From NCBI GenBank assembly GCA_965207225.1, contig CBDBLV010000005.1, positions 224,001 to 288,000 of the forward strand: 64,000 nucleotides of DNA. The letters run 5' to 3'. Both the position numbers and the translations under genes were made by a program. Source of the DNA: Dehalococcoidia bacterium (GTDB taxonomy: Bacteria; Chloroflexota; Dehalococcoidia; Plut-88900). Positions 31,237-40,903 of the stretch are shown piece by piece (within the stretch, counting starts at the first letter, position 1; each line of letters opens with the position of its first letter). The notes under the pieces are model-generated. The model saw only the letters and a list, made by a program, of their open reading frames with translations, did no database searches and was not told the DNA's origin.

Positions 31237-32406
31237 CTAAGTTCCCCTCGGGAGGCCGAGGCCGCGTGTGGCGATTATGTTGCGTTGCACCTCGGAGGTG
31301 CCGCCGCCTATTGCCTCGCTGATGCTCCAGAGGTAGAGCTTACGGAACCTGCCTCGGAGGGGGGCCCATTTAGAGTCCTCAACCAGCTGGCCCATGAGGC
31401 CGAGTACCTGCATCCCGGTGTTGGCGACCCGTAGCAGTAGCTCGGTGCTGAAGAGCTTGGATATGGAGGCCTCCTGCTGGGGCTCGAGGCCGTGGTCTGC
31501 CATCCAGGCGATTCGGTAGGCGAGAAGGCGGCTCACCTCAGTCTCCACAAGCCTGTCGGCGAGACGGTGGCGAAGGGTGGGGGAGAGTGCGTTGTCAGCA
31601 CCGTCAGTTTTGAGAAGGTCGATTAGCAGGTCCAGGGGCTTTCGGGCCTTGGCGGTGTAGGTAGTGCCGTCCCGTTCGAAGTTGAGGGTGGTCATGGCGA
31701 CGTACCAGCCCCGGTTGACTTCCCCGATGACGTTTTCGCTCGGGACACGGACGTTGTCAAAGTACTCCTCGTTGAAGTGGTGGTCGCCGACCATGTTGAT
31801 GATGGGGCGGATGGTGATGCCCGGGGTCTTGAGGTCGACGAGGAAGAAAGTGATGCCGCGGTGCTTAGGGGCGTCGGGGTCCGTGCGGGCGAGGAGGAAC
31901 ATCCAGTCGGAGCGGTGGGCCTCGCTGGACCATATCTTCTGGCCGGTGATGAGGTAGTCGTCGCCGTCCTTGACTGCTCGGGTCTGAAGGGAGGCGAGGT
32001 CGGAGCCCGACTCGGGCTCGCTGAACCCCTGGCACCAGGTCGTCTCCCCTCGGGCGATGGGCGGGAGGTATTTGCGCTTCTGGTCGGGGGTGCCGTGCTG
32101 CATGATGGCCGGAGCAAGCATCCCAATGCCCCAGTTGTCATTGCCGGGGGCCTCGTGGTAGGCCATCTCCTCGGCAAAGATCGCCGATTTCACGTTGGAG
32201 GCGTCCTGACCGCCGTACTGTCGGGGCCAGGCCATGGTGAGCCAGTTCCTGTCGATGAGTCCCTGGCGGATATGCCGTTCAAGCTCGACGTCGTCGGTGC
32301 GGCCATCTTCGTCGGCGCCCTTCCAGTCGGGGGGGAGTTCGGCCTTGAGGAAGGAGCGGAGGTCTCCTTGGAAGGCGGATTCGTCGGGTGTGAAGGTGAA
32401 GTGCAT
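31237..32406 (-). CDS. Acyl-CoA dehydrogenase, alpha-type
   Basis: WCQGFSEPESGSDLASL, LNFER, GGTSEVQRNIIATRGLGLPR. Confidence 0.95.
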   Translation of the reverse strand: MHFTFTPDESAFQGDLRSFLKAELPPDWKGADEDGRTDDVELERHIRQGLIDRNWLTMAWPRQYGGQDASNVKSAIFAEEMAYHEAPGNDNWGIGMLAPAIMQHGTPDQKRKYLPPIARGETTWCQGFSEPESGSDLASLQTRAVKDGDDYLITGQKIWSSEAHRSDWMFLLARTDPDAPKHRGITFFLVDLKTPGITIRPIINMVGDHHFNEEYFDNVRVPSENVIGEVNRGWYVAMTTLNFERDGTTYTAKARKPLDLLIDLLKTDGADNALSPTLRHRLADRLVETEVSRLLAYRIAWMADHGLEPQQEASISKLFSTELLLRVANTGMQVLGLMGQLVEDSKWAPLRGRFRKLYLWSISEAIGGGTSEVQRNIIATRGLGLPRGT

Positions 32407-32506
32407 GGGTAGTTCGGCCACTATTCTAATGCCCCCACGCTCATACTTCGACTACGCTCAGCATGAGCGGCCCCGCACCGCCGGGGATGGAATGATTGAG
32501 GGAGAG

Positions 32507-32926
32507 TTAGGATGGAGGTGGGGTACGTTCCAAGGCTGACAGGAATCGGGGGGCGTTTAGGATACTGGCGCCGTGGTGTTCCCCAAGGGGCATAAGGTGT
32601 CTTCGGTCGCCGGTGACCAGGTATTGGGCATTTGCGGACGACACACATTCCAGGATTCGGTTGTCGGGGTGGCCGGGCTGGACCACGTCCGGGCGCTTCT
32701 CGGGTTCGATGATGCTGGCCGCGTTCCGCAGTGTGCTGATAGCCTGAGACGAGCGTTCTTCAGTCCAACCGAACTTGCGATCAAGCACCCCCGCGACCTC
32801 GTCCAGGATGAAGGTGGAGAGGCATAGATCGAACCGTCCCCTGAGGGCCAGTTCAAGGACGAGGCGCTCGTTGCCGGGGAAGTTCAGGCCCGAGACGATG
32901 ACGTTGGTGTCGAGGACGACTCTCAC
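32507..32926 (-). CDS. PIN-domain toxin, copy 2
   Basis: Near-identical to 30418-30837. Confidence 0.92.
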   Translation of the reverse strand: MRVVLDTNVIVSGLNFPGNERLVLELALRGRFDLCLSTFILDEVAGVLDRKFGWTEERSSQAISTLRNAASIIEPEKRPDVVQPGHPDNRILECVSSANAQYLVTGDRRHLMPLGEHHGASILNAPRFLSALERTPPPS

Positions 32927-33180
32927 GTACGGGAGGAGGCGACTTCGGAGCGGTATTCTTCAACAAGACGGGCCACGTCCTCAGGACCCAGGCCCTTCTC
33001 CCTGGCCCGCTCTTCCCCGTATCGGAGCAGTTGTCTCCACTCACATTCTTCGATGTAGCGAAGAACCGCCTCCCGGAGGAACTCGCTCCTGGAGCGTCCC
33101 TGTTGCTTCATGGCCTGATCCACCCGTTTGGCCATGTCGGGGGGGAGGGAGAAGGTGATTGTCTTGGTGGTCCGCGGCAC
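32923..33180 (-). CDS. Ribbon-helix-helix antitoxin, copy 2
   Basis: Near-identical to 30834-31091. Confidence 0.92.
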   Translation of the reverse strand: MPRTTKTITFSLPPDMAKRVDQAMKQQGRSRSEFLREAVLRYIEECEWRQLLRYGEERAREKGLGPEDVARLVEEYRSEVASSRT

Positions 33181-33363
33181 GTTCGTTTCCTGTTACCGAG
33201 TCTTACTGAGATATTGCTAGATAAGGTCGGGTGTGTCAAGGCGGTGGGTTCACCCCCGCTCCCGCTCATACTTCGACTACGCTCAGCATGAGCGGCCCCC
33301 CGCCAAGGATGGATTCACGCCATAGGCGCATCTTCGACCGGCTCGGGGGCCGGAATGACGGGG

Positions 33364-34542
33364 CTAAGTGCCCCTCGGAAGCCCCAGCCCCCTAGTCGCG
33401 ATGATATTCCGCTGGATCTCGGAGGTGCCGCCGCCTATGGGCTCGCTGATGCTCCAGAGGTACATGCGGTGGAACTTGCCCTTGAGTCGGGCGTACTTGG
33501 AGTCCTTGGCGAGCTGGCCCATCATGCCGAGGACCTGCATTCCCGTGTTGGCGACCCGCATCAAGAGCTCACTGCTGATTAGCTTGGATATGGAGGCTTC
33601 GTGCTGGGGCTCGAGGCCCTGGTCGACCATCCAGGCGATACGGTAGGCGAGAATCCTGCTCACCTCCGTCTCCAGGACACGGTCGGCCAGCCGGTGGCGC
33701 AGGGCAGGGGTCAACTCCAGCCCGTTGCCGTTGGCCCGACTCTCCTTCAGCAGTGAAATCAGCATGTCCAGGGGTTTGCGCGCCCGAGCAGTATAGGTCG
33801 TACCTTCCCGCTCAAAGTTAAGGGTGGTCATGGCAACGTACCAGCCCCGGTTCACCTCCCCGATAATGTTCTCGGCCGGGACCCGGACGTTGTCAAAATA
33901 CTCCTCGTTGAAATGGTGGTCGCCGACCATGTTGATGATGGGCCGGACGGTGATGCCGGGGGTCTTCATGTCGACTAGGAAATAGGTGATGCCGCGGTGT
34001 TTCGGGGCGTCGGGGTCGGTGCGGGCGAGGACGAACATCCAGTCGGCGAGGTGGGCGCCGCTGGACCAGATCTTCTGGCCGGTTATCAGGTAGTCGTCGC
34101 CGTCTCTCACGGCCCGGGTCTGGAGCGACGCCAGGTCGGAGCCCGACTCCGGTTCGCTGAATCCCTGGGCCCACGTAACTTCTCCACGGGAGATGGGTGG
34201 CAGGTACTTGGCCTTCTGTTCAGGGGTGCCGTGTCGCATGACCGCCGGGGCCAGGAGACCGACGCCCGAGCTGTCCTTGCCGGGGGCCTCGTGGTACATC
34301 ATCTCCTCGGCGAAGATGGCCATCTTCACGTTGGAGGCATCCTGGCCGCCGTACTCTCGGGGCCAGGCCATGGTCAGCCAGCCCCGGTCGATGAGGCGCT
34401 GCCGCATGTACCTCTCGAACTCCACGTCATCGGAGCGGCCGTACTCGTCTGCGCCCTTGTAGCCGGGAGGGATTTCGGCCTTGAGGAAGTCTCGGAGGTC
34501 TTTCTGGAACGCGGCCTCTTCGGGTGTGAAGGTGAAGTGCAT
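33364..34542 (-). CDS. Acyl-CoA dehydrogenase, alpha-type (close paralog of 31237-32406)
   Basis: Same motifs; MHFTFTP start shared with 31237-32406. Confidence 0.95.
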   Translation of the reverse strand: MHFTFTPEEAAFQKDLRDFLKAEIPPGYKGADEYGRSDDVEFERYMRQRLIDRGWLTMAWPREYGGQDASNVKMAIFAEEMMYHEAPGKDSSGVGLLAPAVMRHGTPEQKAKYLPPISRGEVTWAQGFSEPESGSDLASLQTRAVRDGDDYLITGQKIWSSGAHLADWMFVLARTDPDAPKHRGITYFLVDMKTPGITVRPIINMVGDHHFNEEYFDNVRVPAENIIGEVNRGWYVAMTTLNFEREGTTYTARARKPLDMLISLLKESRANGNGLELTPALRHRLADRVLETEVSRILAYRIAWMVDQGLEPQHEASISKLISSELLMRVANTGMQVLGMMGQLAKDSKYARLKGKFHRMYLWSISEPIGGGTSEIQRNIIATRGLGLPRGT

Positions 34543-34614
34543 GGGCGTATTCCCGGGGCTTATGATTATGGGGCGTCGTCATTATAGCCGAGCCATTGAA
34601 CAGTCGAGGTCTCC

Positions 34615-35229
34615 ATGAAAGTAATCGTATTCGGGGCCACGGGGAAGACGGGGATACACGTTTGCTGGCAGGCGCTGGAGCAGGGCCACAAGGTAACCGC
34701 ATTCGCCCGCTCGGTGGGAAAGGTTGAAGGAAAGGGTCTACGACTCCAGGTTGCCCAGGGGAATGTCACGGACGCCGACTCCGTGGCGGCGTCCGTGGCC
34801 GGCCATGATGCAGCGATTGTTGCCCTGGGCAGCAACGGGCTGCGAGACAGGACGACGCTGAGGGTCGGGACCCGGAACGTGGTGGAGGGGATGACAAAGC
34901 ATGGGATCGGGCGGCTGGTGGTGTTGTCGGCGGCGGGGGTGGGCGAGAGCTGGGGGCAGGTGCCCTTGATTGCCAAGATCATGTTCCGCACGCTGCTGCG
35001 CAACATCTACGCCGACCACGTGGCGCAGGAGAAGGTGATCATGGAAAGCTCCCTGGACTGGACGATAGTCCGGGCGGCTATTCTGAAAGACGGGTCGGCC
35101 ACCGGGGAATGCAGGGCGGGCAATGAGGGGAAGGTCGGGAAGATAAACCGGGCGGACGTGGCTCGGTTCCTGGTCCGGCAGGTGGATGATGCGGGCTATA
35201 GCAGGCAGGCGATTTCGGTTACGGGGTGA
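34615..35229 (+). CDS. NAD(P)H-binding oxidoreductase (BVR-B/flavin reductase-like atypical SDR)
   Basis: VFGATGKTG, LDWTIVR, INRADVARF. Confidence 0.9.
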   Translation: MKVIVFGATGKTGIHVCWQALEQGHKVTAFARSVGKVEGKGLRLQVAQGNVTDADSVAASVAGHDAAIVALGSNGLRDRTTLRVGTRNVVEGMTKHGIGRLVVLSAAGVGESWGQVPLIAKIMFRTLLRNIYADHVAQEKVIMESSLDWTIVRAAILKDGSATGECRAGNEGKVGKINRADVARFLVRQVDDAGYSRQAISVTG

Positions 35230-35296
35230 GGGGTGGGGTCGATGGGGGGAAGTGGGGTGGTGGTTAGTCAGGGGGGATCTTTAGTCTTAAGTCAGA

Positions 35297-35686
35297 TCAG
35301 TCAGAAGTGTTGGATGACTCCAACTCGGCTAGTATTGCCTTTTGTACGGATTCAGGATTCGTTAAGACTTGATTGTTCCAGAACCTCAATACCCTGAATC
35401 CTCCCTCCATCAGTCCCCTAGTCCTCATTTCGTCATGGCCTGACTGTTCTTGATGATGTCCACCGTCTACTTCAATCACTAACTTTGCTTCGAAGCAGAC
35501 GAAGTCGACGATGTAATTTCGGAGTGGGATCTGTCTGCGGAACTTGTAGCTGCTTAGCTGACGATTGCGGAGGATGCTCCACAGTTTTCTCTCGGCGTCC
35601 GTGGATGCTTTTCTTAGACGTTGGGCTGCGTTTTTTTGCTCAACCGGCTTGCGTAGTCGAGCGAGTTCTTGTGAGTTTCGTTTCAC
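35297..35686 (-). CDS. DUF559 (Vsr-like) endonuclease
   Basis: TDAERKLWSILR, FRRQIP, YIVDFVC, IEVDGGHH, VLRFWNNQV; likely GTG start at 35686. Confidence 0.9.
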   Translation of the reverse strand: MKRNSQELARLRKPVEQKNAAQRLRKASTDAERKLWSILRNRQLSSYKFRRQIPLRNYIVDFVCFEAKLVIEVDGGHHQEQSGHDEMRTRGLMEGGFRVLRFWNNQVLTNPESVQKAILAELESSNTSD

Positions 35687-36010
35687 CCTCACCCTAGCCC
35701 TCTCCCATCGAGGGAGAGGGGACAGGACCCCCACTCCACTGCTCTGTGTCAAGTGTTGGGCTTTGGGCCTTTTGGTCAACCGGGTTGCGTAGTCGAGCGC
35801 GTTCTTGTGAGTCACGTTTCACCCTCACCCTAGCCCTCTCCCATCGAGGGAGAGGGGACTGGGCCCCCTACCCACTGCCCTGTGTCGGGTGTTGAGCTTT
35901 GGGCCTTCAGATCAACCGGGTTGCGTAGTCGAGCGGGTTCTTGTGAGTTTCGTTTCACCCTCACCCTAGCCCTCTCCCATCGAGGGAGAGGGGACTGGGG
36001 CCCCCTACCC
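35640..36010. repeat. Three tandem 136-bp units containing the CCCTCACCC/GGGAGAGGG palindrome and the DUF559 5' end
   Basis: Units start at 35640, 35776, 35912; TTTCACCCTCACCCTAGCCCTCTCCCATCGAGGGAGAGGGGAC at 35681, 35817, 35953. Confidence 0.92.
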
Positions 36011-36032
36011 CAGTTCCCCGGAATGGCGGGAG

Positions 36033-37208
36033 TTATGCCCCCCTCGGGAGGCCGAGGCCGCGGGTGGCGATGATGTTGCGCTGGACCTCGCTGGTGCCGC
36101 CGGCTATGGTGCGGCTGATGGCGTTCAGGTAGGTCCTTTCGACGTAGCCCTTGAAGGGTGCCCACTTGGAGTCTTCCGTCAGCTGCCCCGACATGCCCAG
36201 TATCTGCATGGCCAGGTTGACGCACTCCTGTACCATTTCAGCCCCGTAGGCCTTGGCCACGGACGCTTCGTAGTTGGGCACCTGGCCGACACTCTGCAGC
36301 CACATAACCCGGTAGGAGAGCATCCGCGAAATCTCGGCGTTGATGCGCATCTCGGCGAGCTTGCCCTTGGTGCCCGGTTCGTCGGCCATGACGCCGCCGT
36401 TCCAGGGCGTGTCTTTGACGTACTGGAGCAGGTCGTCGATCATTCGCCGGGTGTCGGCGGAGTTCTCGATGCCCGTGCGTTCGAAGTCGAGGGTCGACAT
36501 GGCGGCGTACCAGCCCCGGTTCACCTCGCCAATCACGTTCTCCTTGGGCACCCGGACGTTGTCGAGGAAAATCTCGTTGAAGCGGTGGTGGCCCGTGAGG
36601 TCGGTGATGCCGCGCACCTCGACGCCGGGGGTCTTCATGTCGATGAGGAAGTAGGTGATGCCTCGGTGCTTGGGGGCGTCGGGGTCCGTGCGGGCGAGGA
36701 GATGGCACCAGTCCGACACGTGGGCGCCGCTGGACCATATCTTCTGGCCGGTAATAACGAAGTCGTCGCCGTCCTCCACTGCCCTCGTCGAAAGCGAGGC
36801 GAGGTCGGAGCCCGACTCCGGTTCGCTGAACCCCTGGCACCAGTTGACACTCCCATCGGATATGGGCCGCAGGTGCTCGAGCTTCTGCTGTTCCGTGCCG
36901 TGGATCATGAGGCAGGGGCCTATGAACCCGACACCCTGGATGTCCTTGCCCGGGGCCCGGTGATAGGCCATCTCCTCGCTGTAGATCATCGACTGTCCCG
37001 GCGAAGCGTCCGATCCCCCGTACTCCTTGGGCCAGGAGATCGCCAGCCAGCCCTTTTCTCCCAGCTTCTTCCTCATCTCCAGGGTGAAGGGCCACACGCT
37101 CTCATCGTAGGCCTCTTCGCCCCACCAGTTGTCGGGCAGCTGGTCCTGGAGGAAGGTGGTGAGGTCGCTCCTGAACTGCCTGTCTTCCTCGCTGAAAGTG
37201 AACTCCAT
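36033..37208 (-). CDS. Acyl-CoA dehydrogenase, alpha-type
   Basis: WCQGFSEP, LDFER, IAGGTSEVQRNIIATRGLGLPR. Confidence 0.95.
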   Translation of the reverse strand: MEFTFSEEDRQFRSDLTTFLQDQLPDNWWGEEAYDESVWPFTLEMRKKLGEKGWLAISWPKEYGGSDASPGQSMIYSEEMAYHRAPGKDIQGVGFIGPCLMIHGTEQQKLEHLRPISDGSVNWCQGFSEPESGSDLASLSTRAVEDGDDFVITGQKIWSSGAHVSDWCHLLARTDPDAPKHRGITYFLIDMKTPGVEVRGITDLTGHHRFNEIFLDNVRVPKENVIGEVNRGWYAAMSTLDFERTGIENSADTRRMIDDLLQYVKDTPWNGGVMADEPGTKGKLAEMRINAEISRMLSYRVMWLQSVGQVPNYEASVAKAYGAEMVQECVNLAMQILGMSGQLTEDSKWAPFKGYVERTYLNAISRTIAGGTSEVQRNIIATRGLGLPRGA

Positions 37209-37217
37209 CGGATGCTC

Positions 37218-38312
37218 CTATGCCATGCTCGATAGACCCGAGACCAGGGTCCGGTGTACTTCGGAAGTGCCGAGATAAATGGATGCGGCGGATGACTCCA
37301 AATAAAGGCGCTGCACGGGCCCCTGGAGACCTTGTCCCTGGAGGCCGATTGCGTTGAATGCCGTCTCCGCGACTCTCTGAAAGACCTCTGAACTGAAGAG
37401 TTTGGCCATTGATGCCCGACGCCTGGACTGCTCACTCCCTCGTTCGGGCCGAAGGCTGCGATAGGATAGCAGACGGGCAACTTCGATGTCCACAGAAGCC
37501 TCGGCGAGGCGGGCCCTTCGACCCGTGCTGACTGCCCCGTGATCTATGGTGAAATCCAGCATTCGTCGGGCCCAACCGATGTGCTCGAAGCCGGCGCGGG
37601 CCTCGGTGAGGAACTCTTCCACGATCTCCCACCCCCGACCCCTCTCCCCAAGGATGGCCGACTCCGGGACGACGACGTCATCGAGAAATATCTCCGAGAA
37701 GATTCGACCCGTTGTGTACTCGGTGGGGTTCAGGAAGATGCCGGGCGTCGACATGTCCAGGAGGAACCATGTCAGTCCCTCGCGCCCCGATGAACCCTCG
37801 TCTGTCCGGGCCAGCAGGTGACACCACCCCGAGTTTTGGGCCCACTCGCCGTAGTCCTTCTGCCCGTTCAGGATGAAGCCGCAGTCTTGCTTCCTGGCCC
37901 GGGTCCTGATGTTGGCGAGGTCGGTGCCGGCCAGGGGCTCGGTGAACCCGACACACCACCACTCCCGGCCATCCGCCAACGGTCCGAGGTGATCTTGCTG
38001 CTGTTCTCGGGTGCCGTGCCTCAGGAGGAGGGGCCCGGCGAGGTCGGTGCCGTGGTCGTTGGCCCGGGGCACGAGGTGATAGGCCAACTCCTCCCACAGC
38101 ATCGCAGCTTTGACCGGGGAAGCCTCCCCGTAGGGCGGCACCCACCCGAGGGTCAGCCACCCCCTCTCCCCCAACCCCTCCCTGACCACCCGGGCGCGGG
38201 CCTGGTACTCCTCGTCGTCTCGGGGCATGTCCCAGCCGGCGGTGACATCGGCCAAATAGGCACGGGCGTCGGACTGGAAGGCGAGTTCCTCGGGGGAGGG
38301 GTGGAAGTTCAT
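37218..38312 (-). CDS. Acyl-CoA dehydrogenase, divergent alpha-type
   Basis: WCVGFTEPLAGTDLA, IYLGTSEVHR; FER motif replaced by EAR. Confidence 0.85.
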   Translation of the reverse strand: MNFHPSPEELAFQSDARAYLADVTAGWDMPRDDEEYQARARVVREGLGERGWLTLGWVPPYGEASPVKAAMLWEELAYHLVPRANDHGTDLAGPLLLRHGTREQQQDHLGPLADGREWWCVGFTEPLAGTDLANIRTRARKQDCGFILNGQKDYGEWAQNSGWCHLLARTDEGSSGREGLTWFLLDMSTPGIFLNPTEYTTGRIFSEIFLDDVVVPESAILGERGRGWEIVEEFLTEARAGFEHIGWARRMLDFTIDHGAVSTGRRARLAEASVDIEVARLLSYRSLRPERGSEQSRRRASMAKLFSSEVFQRVAETAFNAIGLQGQGLQGPVQRLYLESSAASIYLGTSEVHRTLVSGLSSMA

Positions 38313-38354
38313 GGGGAGAGGCGCAAGACGCCCTTGTTCAGGCGCTGTAACGAC

Positions 38355-38834
38355 TCAAAACCAGGCTTTACGGCCCTTGACGTAGGTGGCTTCGAATTCG
38401 GCGTCGGGCTTGGTGAGGTAGATGATGCCCTCGACCAGGGCGATTATGCCTATCACCAGCAATACGATGAGCCCGATGCCGAACACAAATAACAGCGCAA
38501 TCCCGAGAATGAACAGAACCAGCATCAAGGCCCCCTGCCCCGAGTAGCCCAGGTAGAACTTGTGCGCCCCGAGGGTCCCGAACAGGATGGCGAGTATTCC
38601 CGCCACCACCTTGTTCTTTTCGCTAGGGGCGGTCGCCGGTGCTTCTTCGCGGACGAGATAGATGCTTACCGCCTGGTCGGTGTCGGCGGCGACCTGGAAG
38701 TCAACGTGGACGCCCTGGACGGGCAGGTCCTGCTCCCTCCATTGGGGGCCCTCAAAAGTGTAGCGCCGACCATCGTCGCCGGAGATGACGCCTGCGTTGT
38801 CCTGGACGGAGTAGCTGAGGACTCGGCCTTTCAA
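38355..38834 (-). CDS. TM2-domain membrane protein with N-terminal cold-shock/OB-like domain
   Basis: GVISGDDGRRYTF...VDFQ, then KNKVVAGILAILFGTLGAHKFYLG. Confidence 0.88.
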   Translation of the reverse strand: MKGRVLSYSVQDNAGVISGDDGRRYTFEGPQWREQDLPVQGVHVDFQVAADTDQAVSIYLVREEAPATAPSEKNKVVAGILAILFGTLGAHKFYLGYSGQGALMLVLFILGIALLFVFGIGLIVLLVIGIIALVEGIIYLTKPDAEFEATYVKGRKAWF

Positions 38835-38846
38835 GGTTGGACCCTC

Positions 38847-40022
38847 CTACGTCCCCCGAGGCAGCCCCAGCCCCCGACGCGCGATGATCCCCCTCTGCAC
38901 TTCCGAGGTGCCGGAGTAGATAGCCCCGGCCACGACGTTCAGGTAGAAGTTGGGAACGACACCCTCCAGGGCGGCGTACTTGGACCCTTCGTGGAGCTGA
39001 CTCCCGAGACCCAGGATGTGGGTGAAGGTGTTCGCCACCTGGATCCACATCTCCGACCCGTACAGCTTGCCTATCGAGGCCTCGTGGTTGGGCACGAGAC
39101 CTGCGCCCTGCATCCAGGCGATGCGGTAGCACAGCAGCCGGCTGACTTCGATGTCGATGGCGGCCTCGGATAGTTTGCCCTTTACGCTTGGATCATCGAT
39201 GAGGGTTTTGCCGTTGACCCTGGTTTCCTCGGCGTAGCGCTTGACGTCTTCATAGACCCGTCGGGCGCGGGCCGGGTACTCGATGCCCGACCTCTCGAAG
39301 TCCAGCGCCGACATCGCCGCATACCAACCCCGGTTCTTTTCGCCGAGCATGTTCTTCTTGGGCACCCGGACGTTGTCGAAGGTGACCTCGTTGAAGTGGT
39401 GACTTCCCGCCATGGTTATCAGGGGCCGGATGGAGATGCCTGGGGTGGTCATGTCCAGAAGGAAGTAGGTGATGCCCCGGTGCTTGGGGGCATCGGGGTC
39501 CGTGCGGGTCAGAATGTGCATCCACGTGGCCAGGTGGGCGAAGCTGGTCCATATCTTGCGGCCGTTGATAACGTAGTCGTCTCCGTCCTCCACGGCCCGG
39601 GTCTGGAGGCCCGCCAGGTCGGAACCGGCCTCGGGTTCACTGAAACCCTGGCACCAGAAGGCCTCGCCCCTTGAGATACGGCTCAGGTGCTCCTTCTTCT
39701 GCTCCTCCGTACCGTGGATGATGATGGTCGGGCCTACGAAGTCGATACCTTGGTCCTCGATCTTGGTGGCGCCGCGGTAGCTGATCATCTCCTTGTAGAT
39801 GAGTTGCATGACAGGCGATGCGCCGCCCCCGCCGTACTCCTTGGGCCAGGCCATGGTGCGCCAGCCCTTCTCGCCGAACTTGCGGCGCATCTCCATCTCC
39901 TGCCTGCCGACGGCGTAGATGTCGGGCTGAGGCTCGTCCCAGTCCTCGGGCATCTCGGTGTCCAGGAACTCGGTGAGCTCCTTCTGAAAGGCCTTTTCCT
40001 CGGTGGTAAGTGCGAAATCCAT
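38847..40022 (-). CDS. Acyl-CoA dehydrogenase, alpha-type
   Basis: WCQGFSEPEAGSDLA, LDFER, IYSGTSEVQR. Confidence 0.95.
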   Translation of the reverse strand: MDFALTTEEKAFQKELTEFLDTEMPEDWDEPQPDIYAVGRQEMEMRRKFGEKGWRTMAWPKEYGGGGASPVMQLIYKEMISYRGATKIEDQGIDFVGPTIIIHGTEEQKKEHLSRISRGEAFWCQGFSEPEAGSDLAGLQTRAVEDGDDYVINGRKIWTSFAHLATWMHILTRTDPDAPKHRGITYFLLDMTTPGISIRPLITMAGSHHFNEVTFDNVRVPKKNMLGEKNRGWYAAMSALDFERSGIEYPARARRVYEDVKRYAEETRVNGKTLIDDPSVKGKLSEAAIDIEVSRLLCYRIAWMQGAGLVPNHEASIGKLYGSEMWIQVANTFTHILGLGSQLHEGSKYAALEGVVPNFYLNVVAGAIYSGTSEVQRGIIARRGLGLPRGT

Positions 40023-40172
40023 GACGGCTCCTTTACAGGGTGCGCGGGTATGGGGCTATTGTATTCGGGCGGGGGGTGGGGGGCAAACGGGGGGAGTTGA
40101 CAGGCTAAACTGAGATTACGTAGTCTGATTGCTCAAAGGTGCACCCTGCCGTGGGCCTGGGAGGGCTAGAGA

Positions 40173-40379
40173 ATGAAACTGAATGTCACCATCGATCGAG
40201 ATGAAGACGGCGTCTGGATTGTCGAGTGCCCGTCGATTCCCGGTTGCGTTAGCCAAGGGGCCACGAAAGACGAAGCCCTGGTCAACATTCGGGAAGCCAT
40301 TGCCCTTTGCATCGAAGTGCGCGCTGAACAGGGATTGCCGTTAGCCGTTGAGACGCAGCAGGTGGAAGTTACCCTTTAA
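40173..40379 (+). CDS. hicB: HicB-family antitoxin (short form)
   Basis: DEDGVWIVECPSIPGCVSQGATKDEALVNIREAI. Confidence 0.9.
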   Translation: MKLNVTIDRDEDGVWIVECPSIPGCVSQGATKDEALVNIREAIALCIEVRAEQGLPLAVETQQVEVTL

Positions 40380-40437
40380 TGCCTCGGCTGCAGGTTGGGA
40401 GGGACCCCGGACGGAAGCGGTGGGGTGAGGAAGAAGC

Positions 40438-40899
40438 CTAAAGGCCTCGGAGGTGGGCGAAGTTTACGGCGGTATCCGGAGCCTGAGCCCAAGCGGCTAG
40501 GTACAGATCTAGGTCAACTGTCACTAGGGGTGTGGCGGACGATAGGGTCTGCAGGAGAGCTGCGTCAGTAAGCCCCAGTCTAGTGAACGCGTCGTTGGAT
40601 GATGCCTCGGTGCTAGTGATGACGATTTCCCGACTGGTTTCGATAACGTGGCGGAGCATATCAAAAAAGCGGGACCGGTCGGGTTCCCTATGTTGAGCGA
40701 GCAGGTTCGAAGTTTCCGTGAGGGTGTTGGGAGTGACGAATACCTGATCAACTGTTGTCAGCAGATCATTCAACGCATCGTAGTCTTCGACCGTAAATGC
40801 CTGCAACCGTCTGTGTCTCTGGATGAGATGTCGGCCCACATTTCCGACTACCAGAAGCACCAACAGGTTGCTGTCGACGAAATATCCAGTCGGAGGCAA
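40438..40899 (-). CDS. PIN-domain protein
   Basis: FVDSNLLVL, TPNTLTETSNL, LGLTDAALL, LVTVDLDL. Confidence 0.85.
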   Translation of the reverse strand: MPPTGYFVDSNLLVLLVVGNVGRHLIQRHRRLQAFTVEDYDALNDLLTTVDQVFVTPNTLTETSNLLAQHREPDRSRFFDMLRHVIETSREIVITSTEASSNDAFTRLGLTDAALLQTLSSATPLVTVDLDLYLAAWAQAPDTAVNFAHLRGL

Positions 40900-40903
40900 A
40901 GAG

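Larger units (their letters stand above)
31179..33297. repeat. Intergenic palindrome family A (GCTCATACTTCGACTACGCTCAGCATGAGC), three copies in this span
   Basis: Near-identical copies at ~31179, ~32439, ~33265; variants at ~2920, ~21435, ~27225, ~30330, ~44320, ~44860, ~55105, ~56100. Confidence 0.85.

Noticed and set aside
35640-36010. CRISPR array
   Set aside because: Units are 136-bp near-complete tandem duplicates with similar intervening sequence, not short repeats with unique spacers; no cas genes.
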